Shown here in pieces: positions 32,094 to 42,217 of a stretch of DNA of 64,000 bases. Position numbers and translations under genes: made by a program. Under the pieces are notes generated by a model. It did not search any database. It had not been told where the DNA came from and saw only the letters and a program-made list of their open reading frames with translations. Positions within the stretch are counted from its first letter, which is position 1; the number at the start of each line of letters is the position of its first letter. The DNA comes from Nitrososphaerota archaeon (lineage in GTDB: Archaea > Thermoproteota > Nitrososphaeria_A > Caldarchaeales > Caldarchaeaceae): contig JBEPYN010000001.1 of assembly GCA_041641305.1 (NCBI GenBank), positions 787,183-851,182 on the forward strand. Direction: 5' to 3'.

Positions 32094-33116
32094 TTAAACA
32101 CCCAACCTTGCTCCTTCTCGTGAGAGCTCGCCTAAAATTCTTTTGCCGACCTCGACACCGCTCCTCGCCTCGACCGCCTCGGCGGCCCGCGTGGGCTTCA
32201 CACCTCTCCAAAGGTATACAAGAGCTGCTCCAACGAAGCCGAGAAACGCTGTCGCAGAGGAGAGGAATGAAAAGGGCCAGAGAAGCGCGGCCGCGGCGAT
32301 GCCGGCGACAAAGTGGATGACCCCCACGCCGGTGTATCCGGCCTTCTCAAGTATGTCAGGCGGATAGGTTGCCTCTATGATTCTCGAGGACGAGGCGTCG
32401 ACAAGGGCCCTATACCTCTTACCCTTAAACTCGTAAACAACTTCCCACACAGGTATGTAGACCAGAGCAAGGTCCGAGACATCTATCTCATCATTCCGCG
32501 TCTTGACCTCCACCACCTCTCTTCTAATCAGCTTAGTCAGCTCGGTAGACATCATCCGCTTAATCGCCGCCTCGGCCTCGCTCCTCGGAACCACGGCCCC
32601 ATGGAGAATTCCACCCTTCTGCTTCACATATTCGTGGCTGAAGTAGATCCTCTTCCGCGAGATGGCCGTGACACCCTCTATTCCCAGCTCCGCCGATGCA
32701 GGCACAGCCACTTCCATGAACTTTTCAAAAGACCCGCTTTCCTCCCTCAAAACGATCTTCATCTTTCTATACCCTGTGCCATAAGGTGCCGAGAACGCCG
32801 CATCCTCGCCCAAGCCTGTGAAAGTGGTTTTCGCCCTCACCGTGGCTGTCCAGAACGGTATGAAGTGGAGCTTGACATCGCGTAGGTTGATGTGGAACGG
32901 GAGCGACTCCTCATAACCCGTCTGCTTCTTCACCCAGAGCATGAAATTCTCCACAGCCGCGCTGCTGTCATAGTACACTGGAAAAATGTATCTCTTCTCC
33001 TCCCTAAAAGTCATGAAAGATGTTCCGCAGTAGCTGCACGTTACCGCAGCATCATCCTCCCCGACGCTGTGAGGCGAACCGCATCGAGGACACTGGTAAA
33101 CAACGCTCGCCATCAC
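32094..33116 (-). CDS. Zn-ribbon membrane protein (YdjG-like)
   Basis: CPRCG..CSYCG, FIPFW, LVYIPVW, C-terminal TM pair. Confidence 0.8.
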   Translation of the reverse strand: MMASVVYQCPRCGSPHSVGEDDAAVTCSYCGTSFMTFREEKRYIFPVYYDSSAAVENFMLWVKKQTGYEESLPFHINLRDVKLHFIPFWTATVRAKTTFTGLGEDAAFSAPYGTGYRKMKIVLREESGSFEKFMEVAVPASAELGIEGVTAISRKRIYFSHEYVKQKGGILHGAVVPRSEAEAAIKRMMSTELTKLIRREVVEVKTRNDEIDVSDLALVYIPVWEVVYEFKGKRYRALVDASSSRIIEATYPPDILEKAGYTGVGVIHFVAGIAAAALLWPFSFLSSATAFLGFVGAALVYLWRGVKPTRAAEAVEARSGVEVGKRILGELSREGARLGV

Positions 33117-34102
33117 AGACCACCCAACACCCGAATATCCCCTTCGCCAGCCGACTTCATCACCTTCTGCTCCTGCGTCGCAGTATATGCACCATAGGCC
33201 CCGGCCGCGACAGCGAGCAGCGGAGGGCCGACGATTACAGCCAACCTCGCCTCATCCGGTAGCCACTCGATAAAGACCGCCTGCTGCAAAACTACCGCGG
33301 CCAGAGACAGCGTAAGCACAGCCGCCACGGCTGCTACGGCACGGGCCACTCTACCCCATCTTGTAACAGGCATCTCCGCGACAAGAGGCCTCACAGCCCC
33401 TTTCACACCATCCATGCAAACCCTGTAAGATTTGCCGCCAGACTCATACCGCGCCTCAACCACAGGATATAGAATGAGCTTCGGCGACCTGACAACTGCT
33501 TCCGTGTAGCAGTCGAAAACCTTCGTCGCCATTTCCTCAACCCTTCGTCTATGCTCCTCGGCCACACGGCTCTTAGCGGCCTCCATCGCCTCCCAGTCCT
33601 CCAGCTCCGACCCAATCACTGTCCAGCCCCTAGCCCTCTCGGCATCCAATGGCTTAGCAGCCTCAAGCCTAGAGAGGAGAATGGATTTGACCTGGCCCAA
33701 GCCAAAGAGCCCCTCGAACCTTCGTCCATAGACAGCCACCGCCAACCGCTCCCCTATCACACCCTTCACCGGCCTATACTCTGTGTATGATGACTTGTTT
33801 CTGTAAATTTTCTTCTCCAAGTAGCCGTTATACCGTGTCACCGCCTCGACCTCCACCACCCAGAAAGGAACAAATAGATACTTCACATCTCTCAGCACCC
33901 CACCTCCAGCCCGCTCCCTGACAAACCTCTCCAAAACACTTCGAACAACACCGCCATCCTCACACTCCATCATAAACGGCTCCAACCTACCGCCAGAGAG
34001 CAAGACAGCCGCGCCACAGTATCCACATACCAGAACAACCGTGTCCGGCGAAAGCTCAACAGGAGCCCCACAGTTAGGGCACCAGCTACCCTCCTGACCC
34101 AA
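33113..34102 (-). CDS. Zn-ribbon membrane protein (YdjG-like paralogue)
   Basis: CPNCG..CGYCG, FVPFW, LILYPV, C-terminal TM pair. Confidence 0.8.
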   Translation of the reverse strand: MGQEGSWCPNCGAPVELSPDTVVLVCGYCGAAVLLSGGRLEPFMMECEDGGVVRSVLERFVRERAGGGVLRDVKYLFVPFWVVEVEAVTRYNGYLEKKIYRNKSSYTEYRPVKGVIGERLAVAVYGRRFEGLFGLGQVKSILLSRLEAAKPLDAERARGWTVIGSELEDWEAMEAAKSRVAEEHRRRVEEMATKVFDCYTEAVVRSPKLILYPVVEARYESGGKSYRVCMDGVKGAVRPLVAEMPVTRWGRVARAVAAVAAVLTLSLAAVVLQQAVFIEWLPDEARLAVIVGPPLLAVAAGAYGAYTATQEQKVMKSAGEGDIRVLGGL

Positions 34103-34275
34103 AACACACCAACCCCAGACAGCTCCATAAACGGCGCAGAAAACAATTACTTAAACATTCCAAACCGTGAACAAGTCGACAACATCATCACCAACTCACA
34201 CCAGCCCCTCAAAAAACCGGATACCAACCGTAACCTTTTTCACCATCGCTATTTTGAATAACACCTGGGACAGTC

Positions 34276-35028
34276 TTGGTCACCGACCTGAAAAGGGAGC
34301 TGCTGAGGCTTCTGGAGGAGGATGAGGAGTTCAGATACGCCGTGGCCGGCAGGATAGGCATACTGGAGATACTCAAGCGTCTTGATAGGCTGGAGGAGGG
34401 CCAGAACAAGCTTTGGGAAAGCAGTGAAAAGATATGGACCGAGGTTAAGAAACTGAGAGAAGAGCGAGAGAAACTATGGGAGAGTCAGAATAAGCTATGG
34501 GAAGAAGTCAGAAGCTTGAGGGAGGGGCAGGAGAAGCTGTGGGAGGGACAGAACAAGCTATGGGGGGAGCTCAAAGAGTTGAAGAGGGCGCATCAGGAGT
34601 TGAGCAAAAGGGTTTCAGCTGGTTTTGCGGAGCTGGGGTCTGCTTTGGGGGTGACCTACGAGATGCATGCATCAGCATACATACAGATTCTTCTTGAGGA
34701 GCTTGGATATCCCGGTGCCAGAGTTTCGCGGGGATGGGTTGTGAAGGATGGTGAGGTCCTGGAGATAGACATCTTCTGCGACGACCCCTTGGTAGTGGGT
34801 GAAGTGACAACAAGGCTAAGGGATGAGATGGAGATGGATAGGGAGATAAACAAGCTGTTGGAGAGAGTTGAGGCGGTCTCTTCAAAATACGGCAAGAAAC
34901 CCTTCCTTGTAATATTGTCGGTGGGTGTTGTTTCGGAGAACTTGGTGGAGAGGCTGAGGGAGGAGACCGCGAAACACGGGATCAAGCTAATCCTAGGCAG
35001 AGAGATAGAAGAGGCTTTGAGCGCTTAA
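34276..35028 (+). CDS. Archaeal coiled-coil repeat protein with PD-(D/E)XK-like C-terminal domain
   Basis: LLEEDEEFRYAVAG, heptad repeats EGQNKLW, EIDI..VGEVT. Confidence 0.85.
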   Translation: MVTDLKRELLRLLEEDEEFRYAVAGRIGILEILKRLDRLEEGQNKLWESSEKIWTEVKKLREEREKLWESQNKLWEEVRSLREGQEKLWEGQNKLWGELKELKRAHQELSKRVSAGFAELGSALGVTYEMHASAYIQILLEELGYPGARVSRGWVVKDGEVLEIDIFCDDPLVVGEVTTRLRDEMEMDREINKLLERVEAVSSKYGKKPFLVILSVGVVSENLVERLREETAKHGIKLILGREIEEALSA

Positions 35029-35190
35029 CACAGTTGACCGGGGAAATAATACCTATACTTGTTTGATCATCGATGATTCACGTTCGGTAATCTTTGATTC
35101 GGAGTCCGACCCTTTATTTCTTGCCGCGAGGGGTTCGAATTGGGTTAGGTTCCTGATTGCAGCGGTTTGAGAATGAATGTGGAGGGTTTT

Positions 35191-36612
35191 TCATTCTACG
35201 CAGCAGCTCATCTTCTCTACTGGTCTGAGGAAGGCTTGTGCACTCAGTTTCAGGGCTTCTGCGTATGTGGGGAATACGTGTATGGTGTTGACTATGTCTA
35301 TGAGTGTTTTGCCGTATTTGATGTAGAGCGCTGCTTCGGTTATGTATTCGGATGCGTTGGGTGAGACGATGTGCATCCCAAGCACTCTGCCGCTGTCGGG
35401 GGCTATCACCAGCTTTGCTAGGCCTCGTCCACTTGTCATCCTAGCCTTGGCCACGTTTTCCAGCGACACAACTCTGCATGAGCATGCGCCGAACCTCTTC
35501 ACAACCTCCTGCTCGGTCAAGCCCACCGAGGCCACCTGCGGCTCGGTGAACACCACCAAGGGAACAGCACTGTAATCCATAGTGGCCGAGCCTTCTTCAA
35601 CGATGTTCGAGGCCGCCACCATGCCCTCGCGGGCGGACAGTGTCTCAAGCATGAGGGGCTTAGCTACACAGTCACCAGCTGCGTAGATGTTTGGTGAACT
35701 GGTGTGCATCATCTCATCCACTTTTATGAAGCCTCGTTTGTCTACGGCTACGCCGCATTTCTCCAGCCCGATTCCATCTGTGTTCGGTTTACGCCCTGTC
35801 GCTACCAGTATGGCGTCTGTCTCTAGGGTTTGTCTGCCCTCGTTGGTCACTATCTCGGCGTGGATGTGGTCTCCGTGTCTCGAGAATCCCACAACACGGG
35901 CCTTCGTGATAATCCTCATCCCCTCATCAGCCAGTATGTTGGCCAGTGTTGTGGATATCTCGGGCTCCATGTTGGGCAGAATCCTGTCGAGAACCTCGGC
36001 CAGCGTCACCTGGCTGCCCAGCCTCTGCATGGCCTGGCCTATCTCAAGTCCGACGGCGCCCCCACCAATCAGCAGCATGCTCTCGGGAAGGGTTTTCATG
36101 TCCCATATTGTGTCGGTTGTGTAGTAGCCTGTCTCCTCCAACCCGGGTATCTTTGGTATGGCTGGTCGTGAACCTGTTGCTATGAGAGACTTCTCGAACA
36201 TTATCTCATGCACTCCGTTGCTTGTCTCCACGGCGATTGAGCGGGGTGAGGTGAATATGCCGCGCCAATCTACAAGCTCCACGTTAGGGTAATGTTTCAA
36301 GACATCAACATACTTCTCGCCGCGCATCGTGGCTACGAACCGGTGGAGAGAATCCATCAATTTGCCGAAGTCGAGGTCCGCGCCCTTGGGAGTAACTCCT
36401 TCGAACAGAACCGTGCGGCTGCTGTGATAGTGTTTGGCGGCCTCTATCAAGTATTTGGATGGGACACATCCCACGTTGACGCATGTTCCTCCCAGTTTTC
36501 CAGCGGAAACCATCAAAATACTTAATCTATTCTCGGTTAGCTCGCTGGCTTTGATTGCTGCGCTGAAGGCGGCGGCGCCGCCACCAACTATAATCAAGTC
36601 GTACTTATTCAT
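35191..36612 (-). CDS. merA: Mercuric reductase (no NmerA domain)
   Basis: GGGAAA, GGTCVNVGCVPSK, C-terminal vicinal MSCCVE. Confidence 0.93.
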   Translation of the reverse strand: MNKYDLIIVGGGAAAFSAAIKASELTENRLSILMVSAGKLGGTCVNVGCVPSKYLIEAAKHYHSSRTVLFEGVTPKGADLDFGKLMDSLHRFVATMRGEKYVDVLKHYPNVELVDWRGIFTSPRSIAVETSNGVHEIMFEKSLIATGSRPAIPKIPGLEETGYYTTDTIWDMKTLPESMLLIGGGAVGLEIGQAMQRLGSQVTLAEVLDRILPNMEPEISTTLANILADEGMRIITKARVVGFSRHGDHIHAEIVTNEGRQTLETDAILVATGRKPNTDGIGLEKCGVAVDKRGFIKVDEMMHTSSPNIYAAGDCVAKPLMLETLSAREGMVAASNIVEEGSATMDYSAVPLVVFTEPQVASVGLTEQEVVKRFGACSCRVVSLENVAKARMTSGRGLAKLVIAPDSGRVLGMHIVSPNASEYITEAALYIKYGKTLIDIVNTIHVFPTYAEALKLSAQAFLRPVEKMSCCVE

Positions 36613-36704
36613 GCAATTGACACCGGCTTCATTTTTCTCCTCTTCTCGGACTCTTCCACACTCTTCACCACATCATCTACTCCAGTACAGCAACACTCGC
36701 ACAT
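36609..36704 (-). CDS. Cys-rich micro-protein MCECCCTGVDDVVKSVEESEKRRKMKPVSIA
   Basis: 31 aa; its TGA overlaps the merA ATG (ATGA). Confidence 0.55.
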   Translation of the reverse strand: MCECCCTGVDDVVKSVEESEKRRKMKPVSIA

Positions 36705-36827
36705 CAACAGCAACTACCTAACTGCAGCATAAAAGAAAAGCAGTTTCTACACAGATAGTAACTAGGGCAGAGAATAGTTTAGAAAAATCCTCCGGAAGGT
36801 AGAAACTGGTAGCTAGGCTGCTGATGG

Positions 36828-37229
36828 TTAGATTTTCTCTATTTTCTTACCTTTTTCTATCAGTGTGCAGGAGCAGTGAGCCGTTACAGTGCCTTTCTGT
36901 TTCAGCGCCCACCGAAGTAACGGGATGATAGCCGCCCTGAGTTGCGCGCCTTCTCTTGTGAGAGTGTATTCAACTCTTGGAGGGATTTCGGCATATGTCT
37001 CCCTTTGTACCAGATTGTGTTTCACCAGTTCCTTTAATGTATCCGCAAGTATTTTTGGACTGATAACCTGCAGCTCCTTCATTAACTCGTTGAAACGAAT
37101 TCTTCCATGGTTTCCTATTTCATTCACTACCAGGAGAGACCATTTTTTACCGATTAAGTCAATCACACCTTCTATTGGGCAAAGGCATATAACGCGTCCC
37201 GTAGCTTTGACGCCTTCTTTGATGGTCAC
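36828..37229 (-). CDS. HxlR-family wHTH regulator with terminal CxC motifs
   Basis: CLCPI..IGKKWSL..RFNEL..ISPK.L..EIPPRVEYTLT..HCSC; start estimated. Confidence 0.9.
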   Translation of the reverse strand: MTIKEGVKATGRVICLCPIEGVIDLIGKKWSLLVVNEIGNHGRIRFNELMKELQVISPKILADTLKELVKHNLVQRETYAEIPPRVEYTLTREGAQLRAAIIPLLRWALKQKGTVTAHCSCTLIEKGKKIEKI

Positions 37230-37729
37230 GGTGTTTGATAGACTTGAAAAAGATAAATACATTTATTGTCAATGAGCAGAGACCAGCTAATTGGGCTTGG
37301 GTAATATAGCTTACTGGGCAGCAAGAACCAGAGGAAGGGGGTTTACGCTTTTTGGCAAAAGGGTAAGGTACTTTTCTTTTCTCCAAAAGCATCCTTCCAA
37401 CAGATAATAGTTCTTGCAAGACATTATGATGTTGGCGGCGATCAAATTATACTGTTGAATTGTCATCGAAACAAAGCATAAATTGAATCAGGATCATACA
37501 AACGGATGCATTTACAATCAGTCGTTAGCTTTCACTAACTGCGGATGTCTCGATACTCCCCGACTTGAAACATAGAGTGTCTTGAAGCCTCCTAGTTTGT
37601 AAATAGAGAAGACCGTCGTGGCAATTGATAGTGCTGTAAATAGAGTGCGGTCCACATGCCGAAAAAGATTGAAAATGCTAAGTATAACATCGAGTTGAGC
37701 GGCTTTTTTGCTGGAGATCAAGAAACCAG

Positions 37730-37987
37730 ATGCTTCTCGCCATGAGGCTCGCCTTCGCGTTAGCGCTTCTCCCCGAGGCCAAGGGCCAGAAACCCGAGTT
37801 CGTCTTCCTCGACGAGCCGCTGGGAAGCTCCGACGAAGTAAGAAGGTCAGGCATCATCGAATACATATCCCTAGACCTCGCGAAAAAATTCAGCCAAATA
37901 TTCATCATAAGCCACGTAGGCGGCCTCGAAGAACACGTAAACCACATCATAAGACTACATGAGGGAAAAGTGGTGGAAACAGTTTAG
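37730..37987 (+). pseudogene. Orphan C-terminal fragment of Rad50/SMC-type ABC ATPase
   Basis: LAMRLAFA, Walker B FVFLDEP.GS.D, H-loop FIISH; no N-terminal part. Confidence 0.8.
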
Positions 37988-38736
37988 CACAGGCCTCGCA
38001 ACACATCCCTTATCTGATGAATTTTCTCAGGATCGGGCAAATCTTTTACAAAAATTTTCTCAACTCCATCTCGCTTCTCCGCTGCGGCCAGGTTATCCAC
38101 AATCAGAAGGGGACGTAAGAGCTTGAGTGTGCGGCGGTAGAATGTATGGCCTGTCTGGAGGTTCAGGAGTTTAGCTGATATGTGTTCTAGTGTCTTTCTG
38201 ACTTCGGGCAGGGTTATTTCAAGAGGCGGATCACTCACTAGGACTTCGCCTAATCCATTTTCTTTAGCTATTTGGCGAAAGGCCTCTACAAACTCTGCAG
38301 AAAACATGGCTTTCTCAGGCGCGCGAAACTTTTTCCATGTCGTAAAGTCGTCTAAGAGACTCGGGCCCTTCATAGCCATGTGATGCCATCCAATAGCCAG
38401 TAAGCACTCATACCGCCAAACAGTTTCTTTGATAGATTTATGCGCCGCAGAGGCTGAGAAGTATTCGTGTTTTGGAAAACTGAGTTTCTCGGGCGCGTTC
38501 CTCTGGTATTCATGCGCCGCCTTGCCATAGTCGTGGAAAATCACCGCCGTCTTCAACGCCTTCACAGCCTCAGCCTCATCTATTCCAAAGCAGTGGGCCA
38601 CGTGGGCAGCGTAGCCTCTGTCGATAAAGTGGCTGTCCAAAAACCGGAGACAGGTGATGAGATGTTCCTCTAGTGTTTCATGACGAGATGCCATAGGCTT
38701 CATTTCTATATTCTTCCTCCGAAATCCTGAAACCAA
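37984..38736 (-). CDS. cas3'': Cas3'' HD nuclease
   Basis: ETLEEH, FHDYGKA, HEYFS, WHH, VDNLAA. Confidence 0.93.
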   Translation of the reverse strand: MVSGFRRKNIEMKPMASRHETLEEHLITCLRFLDSHFIDRGYAAHVAHCFGIDEAEAVKALKTAVIFHDYGKAAHEYQRNAPEKLSFPKHEYFSASAAHKSIKETVWRYECLLAIGWHHMAMKGPSLLDDFTTWKKFRAPEKAMFSAEFVEAFRQIAKENGLGEVLVSDPPLEITLPEVRKTLEHISAKLLNLQTGHTFYRRTLKLLRPLLIVDNLAAAEKRDGVEKIFVKDLPDPEKIHQIRDVLRGLC

Positions 38737-40297
38737 CTATGTCCTTGCAGAGCATGAACAGTGAGGGGGACGGGACTCTGTTTACATCTTTGGCTCTGAG
38801 ACTTTTATCTTCAGTAAGGCCTTCTTTTTTCTGAATGATGGCTGTTGCTTGAGGAAACTTGTTTGCAAGGTGTTGGAGGTCTGTTGTGAAAGAGTTCTCT
38901 TTTTCTAATTTGTCTATGTCGTTGGCTACGTAAACGGTTGTCACAGTGTCCCTGATTAGGTTGTGGGCTTGATGTGGTGTGGACACGGGGTTAATCATCT
39001 GGTTTAGAAGAGTGTTGTTGGTGAGAAAGACTTGGTCGCCATGCACCATGTCAACAAGCTGGCTGTAGCCTATTCCTCTTTCCGGTGATGGAACACGCCA
39101 GCTTACACCGCCGTCATTCAAAGCATTTCTCAAAACTTCGTATGTTTTCTCCACCGTTTCTTCGCTGTAGGGAGCCGGTTCAGCCTTCACCACCACAATC
39201 ATACCCTCCTGCTCGTTGTCATATCGCGCAACCCTTCCCGCACGCTGCACAAGCGAACTAGCGGGAGCAAGCTCGGTTATCATCAACTCGGAGGAAATGT
39301 TAACACCCGCTTCCACAACCTGAGTCGAAACCACTACCCATTTTTTCCCGTTTTTGAGATTGTCCAAAACATTTTGACGGTCTTTCTTAGTGAGGCGTCC
39401 GTGGAGAAGTACTGCATCAGCATCGGAGAGAAGCCTGTAAAGGTGTTTAGCTTTTTCCACGGTGTTGGCCATTATGAGAACCCTATCCCATTCAGCGTCA
39501 CGCAGCCTATCCCTAACAACATCTTCCAGCGAACCTTCTTCAAGATAGGTTTCGATTTTTTTGCTTTTCATAATGTTTTCAAAGTCTTTGTCGAACATGT
39601 TTTCGCCATAAATCATTTCACGGTATTCCACCCCGAATACGCTGGCTGCTTCCCTAGCCAAGTTCCTCAGACTTTTTGACACGGTGGCGCTCATCATTGT
39701 CAAGAAACCTCCGTGACAGGCTAGCGCATAGAGAATAGAAGGTAACGTGCTGTCGTTTTCGTCAATCATAAGCTGTGGCTCGTCGAGAAATACTGCTGCT
39801 TCGAAGATTGCGCCGCGGCTTATCTCGAAGTGGCCGTATGTCCGCCAGCCGCCGTTCAGCAGAGCGCTGCAAAACATGTTTTTGATTTCATGTGGCGGCG
39901 TCTTCATCATATGGAGCTTGAAGGTTTCGTATGTTACGAAGACAATGTCCTTGTTGAGGAATGGGGACCCTGGTGCCCCCATCATCTGCTCTGCAACGAC
40001 TTCCGTCGGGTTTGTGATTCCTATTCTCTGAAGATTTTTAACCGTTGATTTGTAGGCGTCGTCTATTATGCTTCGGAGAGGCAGGACGTGAATAGACCTA
40101 AGATATTCCCGTGGTTCGATGATGGATTTTAACCCGCATGTGATAGAGAGGGCTGTTTTGCCGTAGCCAGTGGGTAGCTGAACCACGTTAAACCCCGGCC
40201 CCAGCTTCTCCAACACATGTTCAATCAAGGGCCTTTTTGCGGAATAGAAGCCCTTATCCACCAGAGTTCTGTATATTTTCGACTCAGGACAATGCAT
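38678..40297 (-). CDS. cas3': Cas3' helicase
   Basis: PTGYGKT, DEPQ, MSAT, STQVVEAGVNI, QRAGRVAR. Confidence 0.95.
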   Translation of the reverse strand: MHCPESKIYRTLVDKGFYSAKRPLIEHVLEKLGPGFNVVQLPTGYGKTALSITCGLKSIIEPREYLRSIHVLPLRSIIDDAYKSTVKNLQRIGITNPTEVVAEQMMGAPGSPFLNKDIVFVTYETFKLHMMKTPPHEIKNMFCSALLNGGWRTYGHFEISRGAIFEAAVFLDEPQLMIDENDSTLPSILYALACHGGFLTMMSATVSKSLRNLAREAASVFGVEYREMIYGENMFDKDFENIMKSKKIETYLEEGSLEDVVRDRLRDAEWDRVLIMANTVEKAKHLYRLLSDADAVLLHGRLTKKDRQNVLDNLKNGKKWVVVSTQVVEAGVNISSELMITELAPASSLVQRAGRVARYDNEQEGMIVVVKAEPAPYSEETVEKTYEVLRNALNDGGVSWRVPSPERGIGYSQLVDMVHGDQVFLTNNTLLNQMINPVSTPHQAHNLIRDTVTTVYVANDIDKLEKENSFTTDLQHLANKFPQATAIIQKKEGLTEDKSLRAKDVNRVPSPSLFMLCKDIVGFRISEEEYRNEAYGISS

Positions 40298-41465
40298 CGT
40301 AAATCTCCCGCAGCACTTCAGTCCTTCTGAAGGGACTGTTCTCGGGGCTGCTTCTCGCCAGCAGGTATACAGTTTCGTCTGCGGGCTTTACCTTGGCAGC
40401 GGCCGCGTAAAGAGCTCTACTTAGCCGGTCACAGAGAGCTGCGTCTCCAAACCTGCTTGAACAATAGTTGCTTTGTCTCCTTACCTGAGTAATCGTGCAT
40501 CTTAGAAAATCTTTGATATTTTTACTCACGGGGTCCGACAACCTCTCCACAAAAGACGCTAAGAATGAAAAATCGATTGAAAGTCTCTCGAGGAGGGAAA
40601 AGCTTTGACCTGTGTACATTATGCGGTAGAAAACATAGGGAGGTGCCTCCCGGATTGAGAGGTGTGCGGGCTTTATGCTAGCCAGCTCGAGGGCTAGCAA
40701 AAGAGAATATGCGTGGGGGAGTTCGGGAGTTACTCGGACCTTGTAGGGCAGCATCATCAGCGCCTGAAAAGCCGTGTAGTTGCCCAAAGACTGTGTGAGC
40801 TGCTGCACATAGTTCACCCAGCTATAATCTACGGTGGCTTTTGCGATGACTTTCTCGGGTATGGTTGAAAGTATTATCTCGCCGTCGGCGAAACCGGAGT
40901 AGCAGACACCGAATCCCGCCAGCACGAGCGCCACCCATCTCTCATCCATCTTAATGTCCAGCTGTGCACGAAAATCACCGAACCGTTTTCCGTATTTGTA
41001 TTTCTCAATTTTGAGAGGCTGAAAACCGGAAAAAGCTGACTTGGGCTCGCCTAAGGTGATGGTTTTTGGGGAGTAGTTGATTTTGTCCAGACTCTCGAGC
41101 CATTTGTCGGGGTTTTTCTGAAGGTCTTTGATAGCCCATGAACAAAGAGTGTCAACATATTCTACATATGTGTCGTTGACCTTGAGGTTAAGCCTCCTCA
41201 TTATTTTAGCCATGACCTGCCTGTCATTAAAGTGGGGTTTTATCGGGGGTAACTCATTTTTATTCACTAGCAACTGTTGTGCATTATGGAAAACTTGGGC
41301 CAGCGAGCCTATGGCTCCAGCTCCAGAGACCACCGCCTCGTCCTCGTAAATATCAAGTGTTGTTCCCCCCTGAGAGGGTATGGAAGCCAGGGGAGAAAGC
41401 GCTGATAACACCAGTTCGCGGGCCAGCGTGCCGTGTGGAAGGAGCTTGATGTTGATTTTCACCAT
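40284..41465 (-). CDS. cas8a: Type I-A large subunit Cas8a (Csa4-like)
   Basis: Position between cas5 and cas3; size; no strong motif. Confidence 0.7.
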   Translation of the reverse strand: MVKINIKLLPHGTLARELVLSALSPLASIPSQGGTTLDIYEDEAVVSGAGAIGSLAQVFHNAQQLLVNKNELPPIKPHFNDRQVMAKIMRRLNLKVNDTYVEYVDTLCSWAIKDLQKNPDKWLESLDKINYSPKTITLGEPKSAFSGFQPLKIEKYKYGKRFGDFRAQLDIKMDERWVALVLAGFGVCYSGFADGEIILSTIPEKVIAKATVDYSWVNYVQQLTQSLGNYTAFQALMMLPYKVRVTPELPHAYSLLLALELASIKPAHLSIREAPPYVFYRIMYTGQSFSLLERLSIDFSFLASFVERLSDPVSKNIKDFLRCTITQVRRQSNYCSSRFGDAALCDRLSRALYAAAAKVKPADETVYLLARSSPENSPFRRTEVLREIYDALS

Positions 41466-42217
41466 GGGATGAGCTCCTCGTCGCCGACTCTGTAAACTAT
41501 TCCATCCATGAGGCTGACATGCAGCGGCGAAACTCTCTTTTTCTCATCGTCATAGGGAACAATCAGGTTTACCGTGGGTTTACCGAGGTATTCGCCGATA
41601 GATGTGTTTCGCCAATCGACCACATTTGCGACCAAATAGCTTCCTTTCACCGATGACTGCATGTAAGAGGGGAAATAATACACTGTTTGTGCAGTTTTCT
41701 GATTTAGCACAGCAACGTCACCAATCGTCACTTTGTCCACGGAAACTATGCTCTCCCTCGCCCCAAGCCTCGTAATCGACCACGCTGCCTCGAGCAACAT
41801 CTCTTCCCAGCCTACACCGAAAAACTTTCGGGCATCCTGCTCCTCAAACAGGTAAACAATTTTTACACGGTCATCTGCAGAGCTGATCCCACGGTAGACC
41901 TTGCTCACTGCTGCCGCATCAGTCCTTATCTGTTTTTCGTCAACGTCGTATGAAACAATTTTGCTCAAGTCGTTGTACTCGATTAATGGAAGATTTTGAG
42001 ATAGGTATATTCCTTTGAACAGTGTTCTGATTTTTTCGGCTGAGCTGTTTGAATCACTGTTCTCAGCCCAGTTGTTTTTTAGTGCGATTGGCTGTGCAAG
42101 GGCGCCGATTAAGGTTGTTGGGGGTATTGTTTTGAGGGCGGGGCGGCTTTTGGTGAAGGCGTGGTAGTTGATGTAGAGGCCCCAGTGAGGCGTTGCCTCG
42201 ACTTTGAGAAATTTCAT
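41459..42217 (-). CDS. cas5: Type I-A Cas5
   Basis: PPTTLIGALA; AAWSITRLGARESIVSV. Confidence 0.93.
   Translation of the reverse strand: MKFLKVEATPHWGLYINYHAFTKSRPALKTIPPTTLIGALAQPIALKNNWAENSDSNSSAEKIRTLFKGIYLSQNLPLIEYNDLSKIVSYDVDEKQIRTDAAAVSKVYRGISSADDRVKIVYLFEEQDARKFFGVGWEEMLLEAAWSITRLGARESIVSVDKVTIGDVAVLNQKTAQTVYYFPSYMQSSVKGSYLVANVVDWRNTSIGEYLGKPTVNLIVPYDDEKKRVSPLHVSLMDGIVYRVGDEELIPW

Noticed and set aside
34390-34570. Tandem 21-nt-period repeats
   Set aside because: Coding heptad repeats of a common archaeal coiled-coil family, not a CRISPR-like array
35120-35150. GGTTCGAAT T-loop-like motif
   Set aside because: No T-stem or cloverleaf around it; not a tRNA or att site I can support
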